A DNA stretch of 64,000 bases from Opitutales bacterium (GCA_965197745.1 CBDANS010000007.1:768001-832000); one strand, 5' to 3'; positions 18,377-28,866 are shown, numbered from the stretch's first letter. The notes: generated from the sequence alone by a model not told the origin. Translations and numbers: made by a program.

Positions 18377-19501
18377 ATGGGGTCATATTCCGATAAGCTG
18401 ATATTGATTATCGATGGTCACTTGGATATGGGGTTTAATGCGCTTTTTAATCGGCGTGATCTTACCCAACCGGTTCAGGAATTACGTGCTCGCGAAGACT
18501 CGCTTGAGAACCCGTTAGGTCCCTATGAAAACGATCCTGGAACGGTTACGGTTTCACTCCCGGAAATGCGGAGGGGTCATATTGGTATTATGCTGTCAAC
18601 TATTATGGCGCGTGTCCAAGTGCCCTGGCCCGGAAGACCCAGGACCCACAACGCGGTGCGCACTCAAGCCACAGCCTATGCGCGCGGGCAATCCCATCTC
18701 GCTTATTACCAGGCTTTGGAAAGGGAAGGAGAGACAACCTGGATTAAAACACTCGAGGACTTGAATTCGTGTGTTGCGGCCTGGGAAAACCCCACACCGG
18801 AAACTCCTGTGGGTCTTATCCTCTCCATGGAAAGCGCCGATCCCATCCTTGGTCCCGACCAGGTAGGGGAGTGGTGGGATGCCGGATTGCGTTCTGTCGG
18901 CATTACTCATTTCGGGGCCAATTCTTATGGACACGGAACCGGTACGCCGGGGGGACTATACCCCACAGCATACCCGCTGATGGATGCATTTGCAGATACA
19001 AAAATGATTATTGATCTCACCCATGCCGCTGATATCACATTCTGGCAGATCCTAGATTATTGGGATGGACCGATACATGCCAGCCATTGCAACTGTCGCG
19101 CACTCGTACCCGGTCAACGCCATCTCAGTGACGAAATGATAAAGGCGGTCTGCGAACGCGATGGCGTAATTGGCGCTGTATTTGCCGAGCCCATGCTCAA
19201 TCCTCAGTGGGATTGGGATGATCCGAGAACACATTATACTAATGCGTCGCGATCGATGAAGGCGGTAATTGAACATGTCGATCACATCTGTCAGCTCGTC
19301 GGTAACACGGATCACGTAGCTATTGGCACTGATCTCGATGGCGGATTTGGACGTGAACTGGCCCCAACCGACATGAATACTATCTACGACCTGCAAATAT
19401 TTTTAAATCTGCTGCGTGAAAGGGGATACAGCGAAGAGGACGTTACAAAAATTGCTCATGGTAATTTGCTACGCCTCTTCCGCCATGCATGGAGTAAATA
19501 A
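18377..19501 (+). CDS. membrane dipeptidase family (peptidase M19)
   Basis: DGHLD, SMESAD, IDLTH, ASHCN and HVAIGTDLDG motifs. Confidence 0.9.
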   Translation: MGSYSDKLILIIDGHLDMGFNALFNRRDLTQPVQELRAREDSLENPLGPYENDPGTVTVSLPEMRRGHIGIMLSTIMARVQVPWPGRPRTHNAVRTQATAYARGQSHLAYYQALEREGETTWIKTLEDLNSCVAAWENPTPETPVGLILSMESADPILGPDQVGEWWDAGLRSVGITHFGANSYGHGTGTPGGLYPTAYPLMDAFADTKMIIDLTHAADITFWQILDYWDGPIHASHCNCRALVPGQRHLSDEMIKAVCERDGVIGAVFAEPMLNPQWDWDDPRTHYTNASRSMKAVIEHVDHICQLVGNTDHVAIGTDLDGGFGRELAPTDMNTIYDLQIFLNLLRERGYSEEDVTKIAHGNLLRLFRHAWSK

Positions 19502-19503
19502 TC

Positions 19504-20589
19504 ATGGCTGATAAACCCATACTCATTGTAGACAGCCATCTCGACCTGGCTTTTAACGCTATTCAGATTAATCGGGATATTACACAACCGGCAGCTGTTG
19601 TTCGCACCCATGATCATCAATCCCATCTTTACCGATGGGGAAGCGCTACCGTTACTTTTCCTGAACTGAGAAAAGGAAAAGTAGGGATCGTGTTCGGAAC
19701 GGTTATGTCTCGAATCGATCCTACCGATTGGCTGGGGCGCACCGGGGGGATGTATTCGCAAGCGCAATGTTACGGAGTAGGTCACGGGCATTACTCTTTT
19801 TACAAGGCGATGGAAAGGGAAGGTATACTTAAATTTATCCATAATGCCGAAGATCTAGATGCGATGGTCACGGCCTGGCAAAATCCCGCTGCCGATACCC
19901 CTTTTGGTTTAGTTCTCGCGATGGAAAGCGCGGATCCTATCTTGAACCCGGACCATGTCTCCGAATGGTACGACCGTGGTTTGCGCATCGTCAGTATTTC
20001 TCATTACGGCACCAGTACCTATGCCCACGGCACCGACACGGAAGGCGGTCTGTTACCCAAGGGTAAGCCTCTTCTCGATGCCTTGAAAGCGAGCGGTATT
20101 ATTGTCGATCTGACACATACAACAGACCAGGGGTTTTGGGAAATACTCGATTATTATGATGGGCCGGTTGCCGCTTCTCATCACAATTGCAGGGCCCTCG
20201 TTCCGGGCCAGCGACAGTTAACCGATGATATGATCAAAGCCATTGTCGAACGCAATGGCGTGATTGGAGCCGCATTTGATGTATGGATGCTCGATCCCGA
20301 TTGGATAAGGGGTGTTCGTGGGTGTGATCAAACGACGAAAGCCACGCTTGAAACGGTTGTCGATCACATAGAGCACATTGTCCAACTTGTGGGCAGTACC
20401 AATCACTGTGGGATTGGCACCGACCTCGATGGGGGTTATGGACAGGAGCAATCTCCCCGCGATCTCAACACTATTGCTGACCTCCAAAATCTTCCCGCAA
20501 TTTTTAAACAGCGTGGTTACAAAGAAGATGACATTGAAAAGTTCATGTCAGGGAATTGGATTCGTTTTTTAAAAGAAGTCTGGGGTTGA
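19504..20589 (+). CDS. membrane dipeptidase family (peptidase M19), tandem paralog
   Basis: DSHLD, AMESAD, VDLTH, ASHHN and GIGTDLDG motifs. Confidence 0.9.
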   Translation: MADKPILIVDSHLDLAFNAIQINRDITQPAAVVRTHDHQSHLYRWGSATVTFPELRKGKVGIVFGTVMSRIDPTDWLGRTGGMYSQAQCYGVGHGHYSFYKAMEREGILKFIHNAEDLDAMVTAWQNPAADTPFGLVLAMESADPILNPDHVSEWYDRGLRIVSISHYGTSTYAHGTDTEGGLLPKGKPLLDALKASGIIVDLTHTTDQGFWEILDYYDGPVAASHHNCRALVPGQRQLTDDMIKAIVERNGVIGAAFDVWMLDPDWIRGVRGCDQTTKATLETVVDHIEHIVQLVGSTNHCGIGTDLDGGYGQEQSPRDLNTIADLQNLPAIFKQRGYKEDDIEKFMSGNWIRFLKEVWG

Positions 20590-20716
20590 AAAGTTGGTTG
20601 ATGCATGATGCAGGATGCGGGATACAAAGTAATATAACCGCTTATACGCATATTCGCATTTTCCCATACACGCATGTCCCCATATACCTTTGACTTTTGA
20701 CCTTCGACATTAGACT
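20590..20716. repeat. array element (GATGCAG, 8-mer, family-A right arm)
   Basis: gatgcatgatgcaggatgcgggatac ... taaccgcttatacgcatattcgcat ... tttgacttttgaccttcgacattagac. Confidence 0.75.
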
Positions 20717-20726
20717 TTAATTATTC

Positions 20727-21506
20727 ATGCGCTTGAAAAATAAAGTTGCGTTAATAACTGGGGCTTCCCGGGGGTTAGGGAAGGCTATGGCCCTTTGCTT
20801 TGCCAAAGAGGGAGCGGCTGTTGCCGTTAACTATGTCAAAAGCCGTGAACAGGCTGAACTGATCTGCGAGGGCATTGTCGAATCGGGGGGCAAAGCCATG
20901 CCCGTGCAGGCCGATGTGTCCAATGTTGAGGAAGTAAAGCAGATGGTGCAAATCGTAGAGGAGGCATATCATAACATTGATGTCCTAGTAAACAACGCCG
21001 GGCTCTTTATCCCCATCAATATAATGGAAGACCCGCCGTCTGTTATAGATCGTTTATACGAAGTAAATATTAAGGGGATTATTCACACCGTACAGGCCGT
21101 AGTCGGTAAGATGAAAGAGAGGAAATACGGAAGAATTCTTAATCTCAGTTCTATCGCAGGACTGGGTACTGATTTTGCCGGGACCAGTGGGTACGCCGCG
21201 ACTAAAGCGGCGGTAATATCACTTACTAAACGAATGGCACTGGATTTAGGGGAGTATGGTATAACCGTTAACTCAATTGCACCGGGATTTATTAAAACAG
21301 ATATGGCACTACGTGACGGCGTGACGGAAGTAAGTGCTGAAAATTTAAAAGCCGTCGCAAAGAAAGCGATGTTGAATCGAGTGGGGGAACCCGAAGATAT
21401 CGCCTATCCCGCGTTATTTCTCGTATCCGACGAGGCCAGTTTTATAACCGGTCAAATTCTCACCGTCGATGGTGGGAGAAAAGATTTTCTCACTTTTTCA
21501 GCTTAA
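20727..21506 (+). CDS. short-chain dehydrogenase/reductase (FabG-like)
   Basis: TGASRGLG, NNAG, YAATK, APGFIKT and VDGG motifs. Confidence 0.92.
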   Translation: MRLKNKVALITGASRGLGKAMALCFAKEGAAVAVNYVKSREQAELICEGIVESGGKAMPVQADVSNVEEVKQMVQIVEEAYHNIDVLVNNAGLFIPINIMEDPPSVIDRLYEVNIKGIIHTVQAVVGKMKERKYGRILNLSSIAGLGTDFAGTSGYAATKAAVISLTKRMALDLGEYGITVNSIAPGFIKTDMALRDGVTEVSAENLKAVAKKAMLNRVGEPEDIAYPALFLVSDEASFITGQILTVDGGRKDFLTFSA

Positions 21507-21513
21507 ATCCGAA

Positions 21514-21696
21514 AAGTCGAAAGTCTAAGGTCAAAGGTCGAAAGCGGAAGGAGGGTTGAGGAAATGTGTATACGCGGTAAAGCGTGAATGTGAATTGATA
21601 CAGTATAATCTAACCGCTTATCCCCATTATCGCTTTTACGCGTCTACGCATTATCGCATATACCTTTTGACTTTTTGACCTTTTGACTTTTTGACT
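21514..21696. repeat. nested inverted array element (family A, 8-mer)
   Basis: agtcgaaagtctaaggtcaaaggtcgaaag ... ttttgactttttgaccttttgactttttgac; right half closely matches 36299-36359. Confidence 0.85.
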
Positions 21697-21706
21697 TAAA
21701 TCCTCA

Positions 21707-23116
21707 ATGGAAAGTAAGGGGATTAAAGGTACGGAAATTCTGATTGTTGAAGACGAACCGCTCTTGCGAAAGCGGCTGGTCGCCTTTCTCGAAAGCGAGG
21801 GGGCCGAAGTCACAGCGACGGAAAATCTGGAGGGGGCCAGCAACTGCTTGAGCAGTTTACATTTTGATTTCGCTTTAATTGATATCCATCTTCCCGATGG
21901 TCTTGGGATCGACCTTTTGCGTGAGAAAAAATTTTCCGCGAATACCAATATTGTCATCATGACAGCTGAAGGTGGTGTAGAAAGTGCGGTTGAAGCGATG
22001 CGCCTTGGGGCCTCTGATTATTTGAGAAAGCCATTTGATCTTGAAGAGCTCCCGATTATTTTTAAACGCTGTGCACTTGCTCATCATACCGCTCGTCTTC
22101 AGGAACATCGCCGTAAAGAAGATTCAAAAGCTGAAGATCGGTTCTTTTTCGGTGAAGCGCTTACGGGGATCAAAAATCAACTGGAAAAGATCTTAGAAGC
22201 GGATCGGCGATTAGGTGAAGGATTGCCACCCGTCCTTATTGAGGGCGATACAGGGACGGGGAAAACGGCTATTGCCCGATGGCTGCATAACCTCGGGTCT
22301 CGAGCAAATCAACCGCTCGTTGAAGTTAACGGTTCAACGCTTCCAGACAACCTCGCTGAATCGGAACTTTTCGGTCACGAACGTGGAGCCTTTACGGATG
22401 CCCGGAGTGCCCGTATCGGACTCTTTGAAGCTGCTGACGGAGGCACTCTGTTTCTCGACGAATTGCCCAGCCTTAGCTCCGCTGTTCAGGTCAAGATATT
22501 GACGGCGATTGAAGACCGTAAAATCCGCCGAGTGGGAGGTAATAAAGAAGTCCCGGTTGATGTTCGCCTGATTACGGCTACCAATCAAAATTTACAGCAA
22601 CTTGTCACTGACGGTGTTTTCCGCGAAGATCTCTACCACCGGCTTGACCTCATGCGCATAAATATTCCCCCTTTACGTGATCGTGGGCCTGACATCTTAA
22701 ATTTGGCGGAGCACTTGCTTGAAGATCTTTGCCGTCGCTACCGGGTAAAAAAAGTCAGTATTTCTGAATCGGGAAGGCGAAAACTTATAGCTTATCCCTG
22801 GCCAGGAAACGTGCGCGAACTGGCACACGAGTTGGAACGTTCCATTGTCATGTTGGAGGGGGACACTTTGGATTTCGATAAATTGGATATTACACATGGG
22901 AGGAGTGTGACTATTGATGAGTCACCGCATTCGTCCAATGACTGGTTTAATAATAATTTCGTGTTTCCTGATGGTGAATTCAAGCTTGAGGAAGCCATCA
23001 CGAGAATTATTCATCAAGCCCTCAAGCAAACCGATAACAATGTCTCGGCGGCGGCTCGCCTTCTTGGTGTTCCCCGGGATTATGTCCGTTATCGCTTGTC
23101 AGGCCAAAAGAAATAA
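21707..23116 (+). CDS. sigma54-dependent response regulator (NtrC/AtoC family)
   Basis: Receiver domain (VEDE, DIHLPD, KP), AAA+ domain (GDTGTGK, ESELFGHERGAFTDA, LFLDE, WPGNVREL) and Fis-type HTH. Confidence 0.95.
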   Translation: MESKGIKGTEILIVEDEPLLRKRLVAFLESEGAEVTATENLEGASNCLSSLHFDFALIDIHLPDGLGIDLLREKKFSANTNIVIMTAEGGVESAVEAMRLGASDYLRKPFDLEELPIIFKRCALAHHTARLQEHRRKEDSKAEDRFFFGEALTGIKNQLEKILEADRRLGEGLPPVLIEGDTGTGKTAIARWLHNLGSRANQPLVEVNGSTLPDNLAESELFGHERGAFTDARSARIGLFEAADGGTLFLDELPSLSSAVQVKILTAIEDRKIRRVGGNKEVPVDVRLITATNQNLQQLVTDGVFREDLYHRLDLMRINIPPLRDRGPDILNLAEHLLEDLCRRYRVKKVSISESGRRKLIAYPWPGNVRELAHELERSIVMLEGDTLDFDKLDITHGRSVTIDESPHSSNDWFNNNFVFPDGEFKLEEAITRIIHQALKQTDNNVSAAARLLGVPRDYVRYRLSGQKK

Positions 23117-23125
23117 AACATAATG

Positions 23126-23183
23126 TGGGGTTTATTTACCAATACTGACAGGTGTCAGGTGCTTTAATGGGGATTATACACCA
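23126..23183. promoter_or_regulatory. putative tandem enhancer (UAS) sites
   Basis: TGGGGTTTATTTACCA and TGGGGATTATACACCA, 42 bp apart, ~90-140 bp upstream of the sigma54 box. Confidence 0.5.
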
Positions 23184-23268
23184 CTCAGCTCGTTTTAAGT
23201 GCTCCTTAGAATCTGCTATAATGTCACATATCATTTATATACAAGGGGTTAAATAAATTACTTAATCG

Positions 23269-23284
23269 TGGCACAAGCCCTGCT
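23269..23284 (+). promoter_or_regulatory. sigma54 (-24/-12) promoter
   Basis: TGGCAC-AAGCC-CTGCT matches TGGCAC-N5-TTGCW, 41 bp upstream of ATG 23326, next to a sigma54 activator gene. Confidence 0.75.
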
Positions 23285-23325
23285 CCTATATATGCGTATA
23301 AACCATTGAAACCATTATAATTATT

Positions 23326-23982
23326 ATGAAACCATTAATAAAAATACTATTCATTCCCATCTTGATTTTACTGGCTTTTGGGCTCCAGGTTCACGGACAG
23401 AACGACAATACGGATGCTACCGATACCAGGGATAATACCGATACCACTGATGGATCTACAATTGATAACCCGATAATTCGACCGGTTGAATTGAATGATG
23501 CCATCATTGATCGTCTGGGGGAATACCGCGATGAGCAGAATACCTTGCGCGACGAATTGCGTTCACGATTGGACGCTCTCGAAGAACCCACCCCGGATTC
23601 CAGGCGTGCCTTAATTGAAAATTTTCGTCATGAACACGCCGATCGAATCGCGGCGCAAAGAAGGCTGGCTGAAGAAATTCGTCAGGCTCAGCTCCAGTAT
23701 CGCAGAGATAATTTAACCGGCGATCGCCCTCAACGTGACGATTTATCTATAGCCGTTGCTGAGCGAAAGGAACTCTTTAATCAGAGACGGGCCGCGCTAT
23801 TGGAAAAGCGGCGTATCTTGCGCGATGCATTACAAGACGCATCGGATGAAGAGCGTACTAAAATTATTGAAAATTTCCGTGAGGAAAATCTGCAGCAGTT
23901 GAGGGATCATAAACAATTGCGCAGGCAACTGAGAGATGAATTGAATGAAGATCTCAGTGGCGATCGTCGACCGACCGAGTAA
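23326..23982 (+). CDS. secreted alpha-helical/coiled-coil protein with internal duplication
   Basis: Signal peptide (VHG|Q), D/T-rich linker, two IENFR.E...L[TS]GDR repeats, R/E-rich. Confidence 0.75.
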   Translation: MKPLIKILFIPILILLAFGLQVHGQNDNTDATDTRDNTDTTDGSTIDNPIIRPVELNDAIIDRLGEYRDEQNTLRDELRSRLDALEEPTPDSRRALIENFRHEHADRIAAQRRLAEEIRQAQLQYRRDNLTGDRPQRDDLSIAVAERKELFNQRRAALLEKRRILRDALQDASDEERTKIIENFREENLQQLRDHKQLRRQLRDELNEDLSGDRRPTE

Positions 23983-24022
23983 TTAATCTCGCATTTTGAC
24001 GATCACGGTTATTCGCCACGGG

Positions 24023-24052
24023 GGACAGACGGCTGCTTGAAGCCGTCTGTCC
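24023..24052 (+). terminator. strong intergenic stem-loop (terminator or mRNA stabiliser)
   Basis: GGACAGACGGCT-gcttga-AGCCGTCTGTCC, perfect 12-bp stem; no U-tract. Confidence 0.55.
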
Positions 24053-24152
24053 AATCCCACTTGAATCAAAATCTTGCTGGATCTGCAGCATTTATGGCAT
24101 CTTGTGTATAAATTAATTGGCCAGAAATTTTAATTAAAGAAAGAAGAGAACT

Positions 24153-25295
24153 TTGTCCTCAAAATGGAATATATCGTTTACCGCGCTAGTGCTGATACCT
24201 TGTATTCTTTGGTCTCAGGACGACGCCACGATCGATTCCTGGTTATACGATGACACTATCGAATTAGAAGTGCGCGATTGGGAGAGGGACATCAATCTAC
24301 GCGTTAGTACCGGCTACAGTGACAACGTGCTTCTCGCCTCGATTTTTGAACAGGGCAGTGCGTTTATCGGCGCGGAAGTTGAATTATTTACCTGGAGAAA
24401 GCCAAAAAAAGATAAAGCGAATATGCATTTCTACCTGGATGCTCAACAAATTCATTATTTTGACGTGGAAGGTATAGATAACGAATACTTGATTGTCTCA
24501 CAGGGACAGCTGAGCAAACGGTTGAATGATCGAATGACGGTGGGTGGGTCGCTCCAAGCCAATTATATTGATCAAGTTTATGATATATCAGCCAGTTCAT
24601 TTGAACTTGATACTACTACTCTGAAAGTTGGTGAAATTAAATTTACCCCGTTTTTTAAAATAAAAAATCCAAATGGCTATTTTTCAGGGGTGGACTTTGA
24701 TCTGCGACGGGATTTTTTTGAGGACACAACATTTGATTTTACTGAACCCTCGATAGAATTTCACGCGGGTAAACGCTTTAAACACGGATCCATCATCCGC
24801 TTTAATTATGCTTTCGCCCATCGATTTTTCGATACCCGAGTCAAGCGTGACACAAATGGGTTCCCCTTACCGGGAACTATTCTGGAATGGAATGGACACA
24901 CTGTTGATGTTCGTTGGTTACAATTTCTAAATAAAGATAAAACTTTTCATATCCAATCGAAATGGGGTGTTAAATGGAATTCAGATAATGGCACTGGGTA
25001 CTATGACTATTCCCTTTATAAAATAAGCGAATCCTTTATGTTTGAAAAAAATAAATGGGAAATTGCAGGTGAAATTGCCTACAAGTATTATGATTATGAT
25101 ATCCAAACCGTTAGCTTTGATAATTTGGAGGGGCGTTATCTGAGCCAGACTAACATATTGATGAAAGTAGAAAGAAAGATTAATGATAAATGGGAAATGT
25201 TTCTTGAGTACAACCGCGAAAGAAGCCGTTCCAATCGTTTAGAAGATGAGTATAGCGCAAACCGTGTGATTTTGGGATTTGATTATCTTTTTTAA
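24153..25295 (+). CDS. outer-membrane beta-barrel protein
   Basis: Signal peptide, GYSDNV motif, alternating amphipathic strands, C-terminal aromatic F (GFDYLF). Confidence 0.72.
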   Translation: MSSKWNISFTALVLIPCILWSQDDATIDSWLYDDTIELEVRDWERDINLRVSTGYSDNVLLASIFEQGSAFIGAEVELFTWRKPKKDKANMHFYLDAQQIHYFDVEGIDNEYLIVSQGQLSKRLNDRMTVGGSLQANYIDQVYDISASSFELDTTTLKVGEIKFTPFFKIKNPNGYFSGVDFDLRRDFFEDTTFDFTEPSIEFHAGKRFKHGSIIRFNYAFAHRFFDTRVKRDTNGFPLPGTILEWNGHTVDVRWLQFLNKDKTFHIQSKWGVKWNSDNGTGYYDYSLYKISESFMFEKNKWEIAGEIAYKYYDYDIQTVSFDNLEGRYLSQTNILMKVERKINDKWEMFLEYNRERSRSNRLEDEYSANRVILGFDYLF

Positions 25296-25407
25296 ACTGA
25301 AAGATGAAAATATCACAGGCATTAGCTATACCCCATTCTAAGTTTTGGTTATTTATAACAACTTAGTTTTTATTAACTAATAATTAATGGAATACGAATT
25401 AAGCTAA

Positions 25408-26841
25408 GTGTCAGTTAAAACCAACAGTCGTCCATTTCCGGGAATTCCGATCTTAGTGGTTATACTTATAACTGTTATTTTCGGGTCCTTAATAAGCATA
25501 CTGGGCCTGAAATCCCGGAAGGCAATACGCAGCCAGATCATTAATCGTGATGCTGAGGTGCTGTATTCGCTGGCGTTGATGGAATTTGCCCGTGCCAATG
25601 AAGAATCTCTGGCTAATTCCTGGTTAGAAGAAATGGGGACCGACCTCTTAACGGTGGTTTTAAGAACATCGGAAATGAGGAGTGTTATAGCGGTCAGGCT
25701 CTTTGACAGTGAAGGGCGATTTACTGATGCGTTACCTGTAGAGTTTTTAAAGGGTGAACTTGGTCCTCAGGATTTAGAGCGCGTTCGACGCTTACAACCG
25801 GTAAGCGTCTACCATCCTGAAGCACGTCTCAGTTATTATTTCGTAGACGTTCTGGGGATAAATGATGATTCAGGTTTTCCTATGCTTGAAGTGCTTTTAC
25901 CGCTTCATGAGGCTGATTCAGATTTATTATTGGGTATTGCCCAGTATCTAATTGACGGTGCCAGTATTAAAAATGATTTTTCCGCTCTTGACAGCAATTT
26001 GATTAATCAAGCGGGAATTGTCTTTGGATGCGGGACACTGACCATCGCAATTATTCTGATATTATCATTTCGCCGACTCCAACGATATAGCTATTTACTT
26101 GAAGACAGAAGCCAACGTCTCCTCAATGCAAATCATGAACTGGCGATGGCAGCTAAATCATCAGCCATTGGTGCCGTGACATCGCACCTTATTCACGGTC
26201 TCAAAAATCCTTTGTCGGGACTGCAGGAGTTCGTTAAAAGTAGAGATTCAAATGAATTAAAAGAATCATCAGAGGAATGGCAAACTGCAGCGGAATCCGC
26301 TCGACGCATGCAGATAATGATCCAGGAAATAACAGCCGTTCTTCGGGACCAGGAGACCGCCCAGAATTACGATTTTACCCTTGAGGAAATACGCGAGATC
26401 ATAATTAGCAAAGCGGAACCACTAACACAAAAATCAGGTATTACTTTCAATGCCGGAGAGACTTCTCATAGTAATCTTGATAGTCGTCGTGGTAACCTGC
26501 TTCTCCTTATTTTGATGAACCTGATTCAAAATGCGGTGGAAGCTACACCCGTCGGCAAAGAGGTGGCGCTCGAATTTCACAACCATGAGAATCGCGTGGA
26601 TATTCATGTCACCGATGAGGGGGAGGGTTTACCCTCTCACATTCAGGAAAACCTTTTTTCACCTTGTCAGAGCAGTAAAGAGAATGGCAGCGGCATTGGA
26701 CTCGCCATCAGTTATCAACTGGCAAAGCACATCGATGCCGATATTACACTTCATGCAACCGGAGCCAATGGGACTTGCTTTATTGTCAGTATTGCAATTT
26801 CAACTAACGTAGTTGAGCGTAAAGAGAATAAATCAGAATGA
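25408..26841 (+). CDS. sensor histidine kinase
   Basis: 2 TM plus periplasmic domain; H-box HGLKNPL, N-box NLIQNAVEA, DEGEG and GSGIGL. Confidence 0.93.
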   Translation: MSVKTNSRPFPGIPILVVILITVIFGSLISILGLKSRKAIRSQIINRDAEVLYSLALMEFARANEESLANSWLEEMGTDLLTVVLRTSEMRSVIAVRLFDSEGRFTDALPVEFLKGELGPQDLERVRRLQPVSVYHPEARLSYYFVDVLGINDDSGFPMLEVLLPLHEADSDLLLGIAQYLIDGASIKNDFSALDSNLINQAGIVFGCGTLTIAIILILSFRRLQRYSYLLEDRSQRLLNANHELAMAAKSSAIGAVTSHLIHGLKNPLSGLQEFVKSRDSNELKESSEEWQTAAESARRMQIMIQEITAVLRDQETAQNYDFTLEEIREIIISKAEPLTQKSGITFNAGETSHSNLDSRRGNLLLLILMNLIQNAVEATPVGKEVALEFHNHENRVDIHVTDEGEGLPSHIQENLFSPCQSSKENGSGIGLAISYQLAKHIDADITLHATGANGTCFIVSIAISTNVVERKENKSE

Positions 26842-26866
26842 ACCAGCGAATAAAATTAATTATACT

Positions 26867-28836
26867 ATGCGGAAGTTTATTTATTTTCTCACTATCCTGC
26901 TGTTTTCATTTTCATTGAGAGGACAGTCTCCCGGTGATTTGATTTGGACCTATAATACGGGGGGGTAGTATATTCCTCTCCCGCAGTAGGAGATGATGGG
27001 ACAATCTATGTTGGGTCACATAACAACAGGTTTAATGCTATTAATCCGGATGGTTCATTAAAATGGCAATTCAGCGCAGGTGATTTTATAGATTCTTCGC
27101 CGGCCATCGGTCCTGATGACACGCTTTATGTGGGATCATGGGACAATAGGCTCTATGCTCTTAACCCGGACAATGGTGCTAAAATATGGGAATATGAGAC
27201 CGGAAGCCTGGTTATATCATCTCCCGCCATTAGCGAAGATAGCACTATTTATTTTGGCTCTTCCGACGGTTTTTTCTACGCTTTAAATTCTGATGGATCA
27301 TTAAAATGGGAATTTTCCACCACGGACGAACTCGATTCTTCACCGGCCATCGGCTTTGATGGCACTATCTATTTTGGCAGTTATGAAGGTATCCTCTATG
27401 CGCTTAATCCCGATGGCACGCTGAAGTGGTCTTATCAGGTTGATGTTGTTCCGGGCGAAAATAGTCGCATTGCTTCGTCTCCCGCTATCGATATTGAAGA
27501 CAATATTTATTTCGGTTCAGGGAATAATATTTTCTATTCCCTGGATTCAAATGGGAACCTGAATTGGTCATTTATAGCGGATGGTAAAATCGACACCTCG
27601 CCCGCTTTGGGGTTTGATGGTAATATATATTTTGCAACCCGAGAGGGATCTTTATATTGCCTTGATGATAGCGGTATCGAGCAGTGGTCGGTGATAGTAG
27701 GTGATGTTTTTTTTAGTTCTCCTGTTGTAGACACCGAGGGAAATATATATATCGCTTCATTTGTTGGCAGTAATGAAAGCCGCCTTTTCGTATTAGACCC
27801 GAATGGCGATCTCCTTTGGTCTTTCAGTTTCGTTGGTCTTATAGATTCATCTCCGACAATTTCAAATGACGGAAGCGTCTATATCGGCAGTTATGATCAA
27901 AAATTATATGCTATTTTTTCCGGAAAGTCACTGACTGATAGTTACTGGCCGAAATTTAGAAGTACTTTGGGCAATACCGGAAATATATTTTTCGAATTAC
28001 AAAGCGGAATCGTAATTGAAGGATCAGGAGACGTCGTGGGTGAAAACATTGTGCATCCGAGTGGAAACATTTTCGATCAGGTCTTGCTCACCGGCCAGAG
28101 CGTGAAACTGCGCGCCAAGGAAAACCAGATCACCCGCGTTTCATTCATGGACGAAAATGAAGACATAGTGCAGGTAGAGTTCTCGGGCGAAGGTACCTTT
28201 ACCGTAACTCTGGACCCGGTAACCTTCCTGCCACCAGCCCTCCCCCCGCGCTACAACCAGGCAGTAGAGTACGTGACCGGCAAACCCAGCGTGGTCATCG
28301 ATGGAGCCGACTCCACTACTTTCTTCAGTATATTTACCGTAGGTACCATTAATGCCGTGAACCAGGCACTGTTCCCCGAGGGTCAGATCTATGATGCTCA
28401 AGCGGATGTGACCCTGGTGGAAGTTGTAAATTCCACGGGAATGGGGGGAATGCAGTTATCGAACTCCGTATTTTCTGCGAGCACCGGAAGAACAGGCGTG
28501 GTTGCCGAGGGAGTTCCGATTGCGGTACGGTTGACCGTGGGTGACATCGATGCCAGTGGAGACGCAGTGCCGCAGCTGCTCTTTGGAACCGGCTCGTTCA
28601 CGGTGCCGGCGGGTAACCCGGGATTGAGAATAACTGGCGGTGATCTCCTCCAGAGTAATGGAGCATCCATCGTCGTCGCGCCGAGCGGATCGACTACCCC
28701 CGGATTCGAAACCCTGATCTCACAGAACAACTTTAAGTCAGACGAAACGCCTCAGCCCACACAGAGTATTAATGCAACATTCGTTAGCGCCGATGGGACG
28801 GTAATAAATGTTACTATAGAAGAAGTAACGTTTTAA
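26867..28836 (+). pseudogene. secreted PQQ-like beta-propeller repeat protein with C-terminal domain; frameshift in G7 tract
   Basis: Signal peptide MRKFIYFLTILLFSFSLRGQ from ATG 26867 stops at TAG after G7 (26959-26965); one extra G joins it to the SSPAI..DGTIY.GS repeat frame (ORF 27130-28836). Confidence 0.8.
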
Positions 28837-28866
28837 AAGGGATGAGTCAAAAGTCGAAAGTCAATT

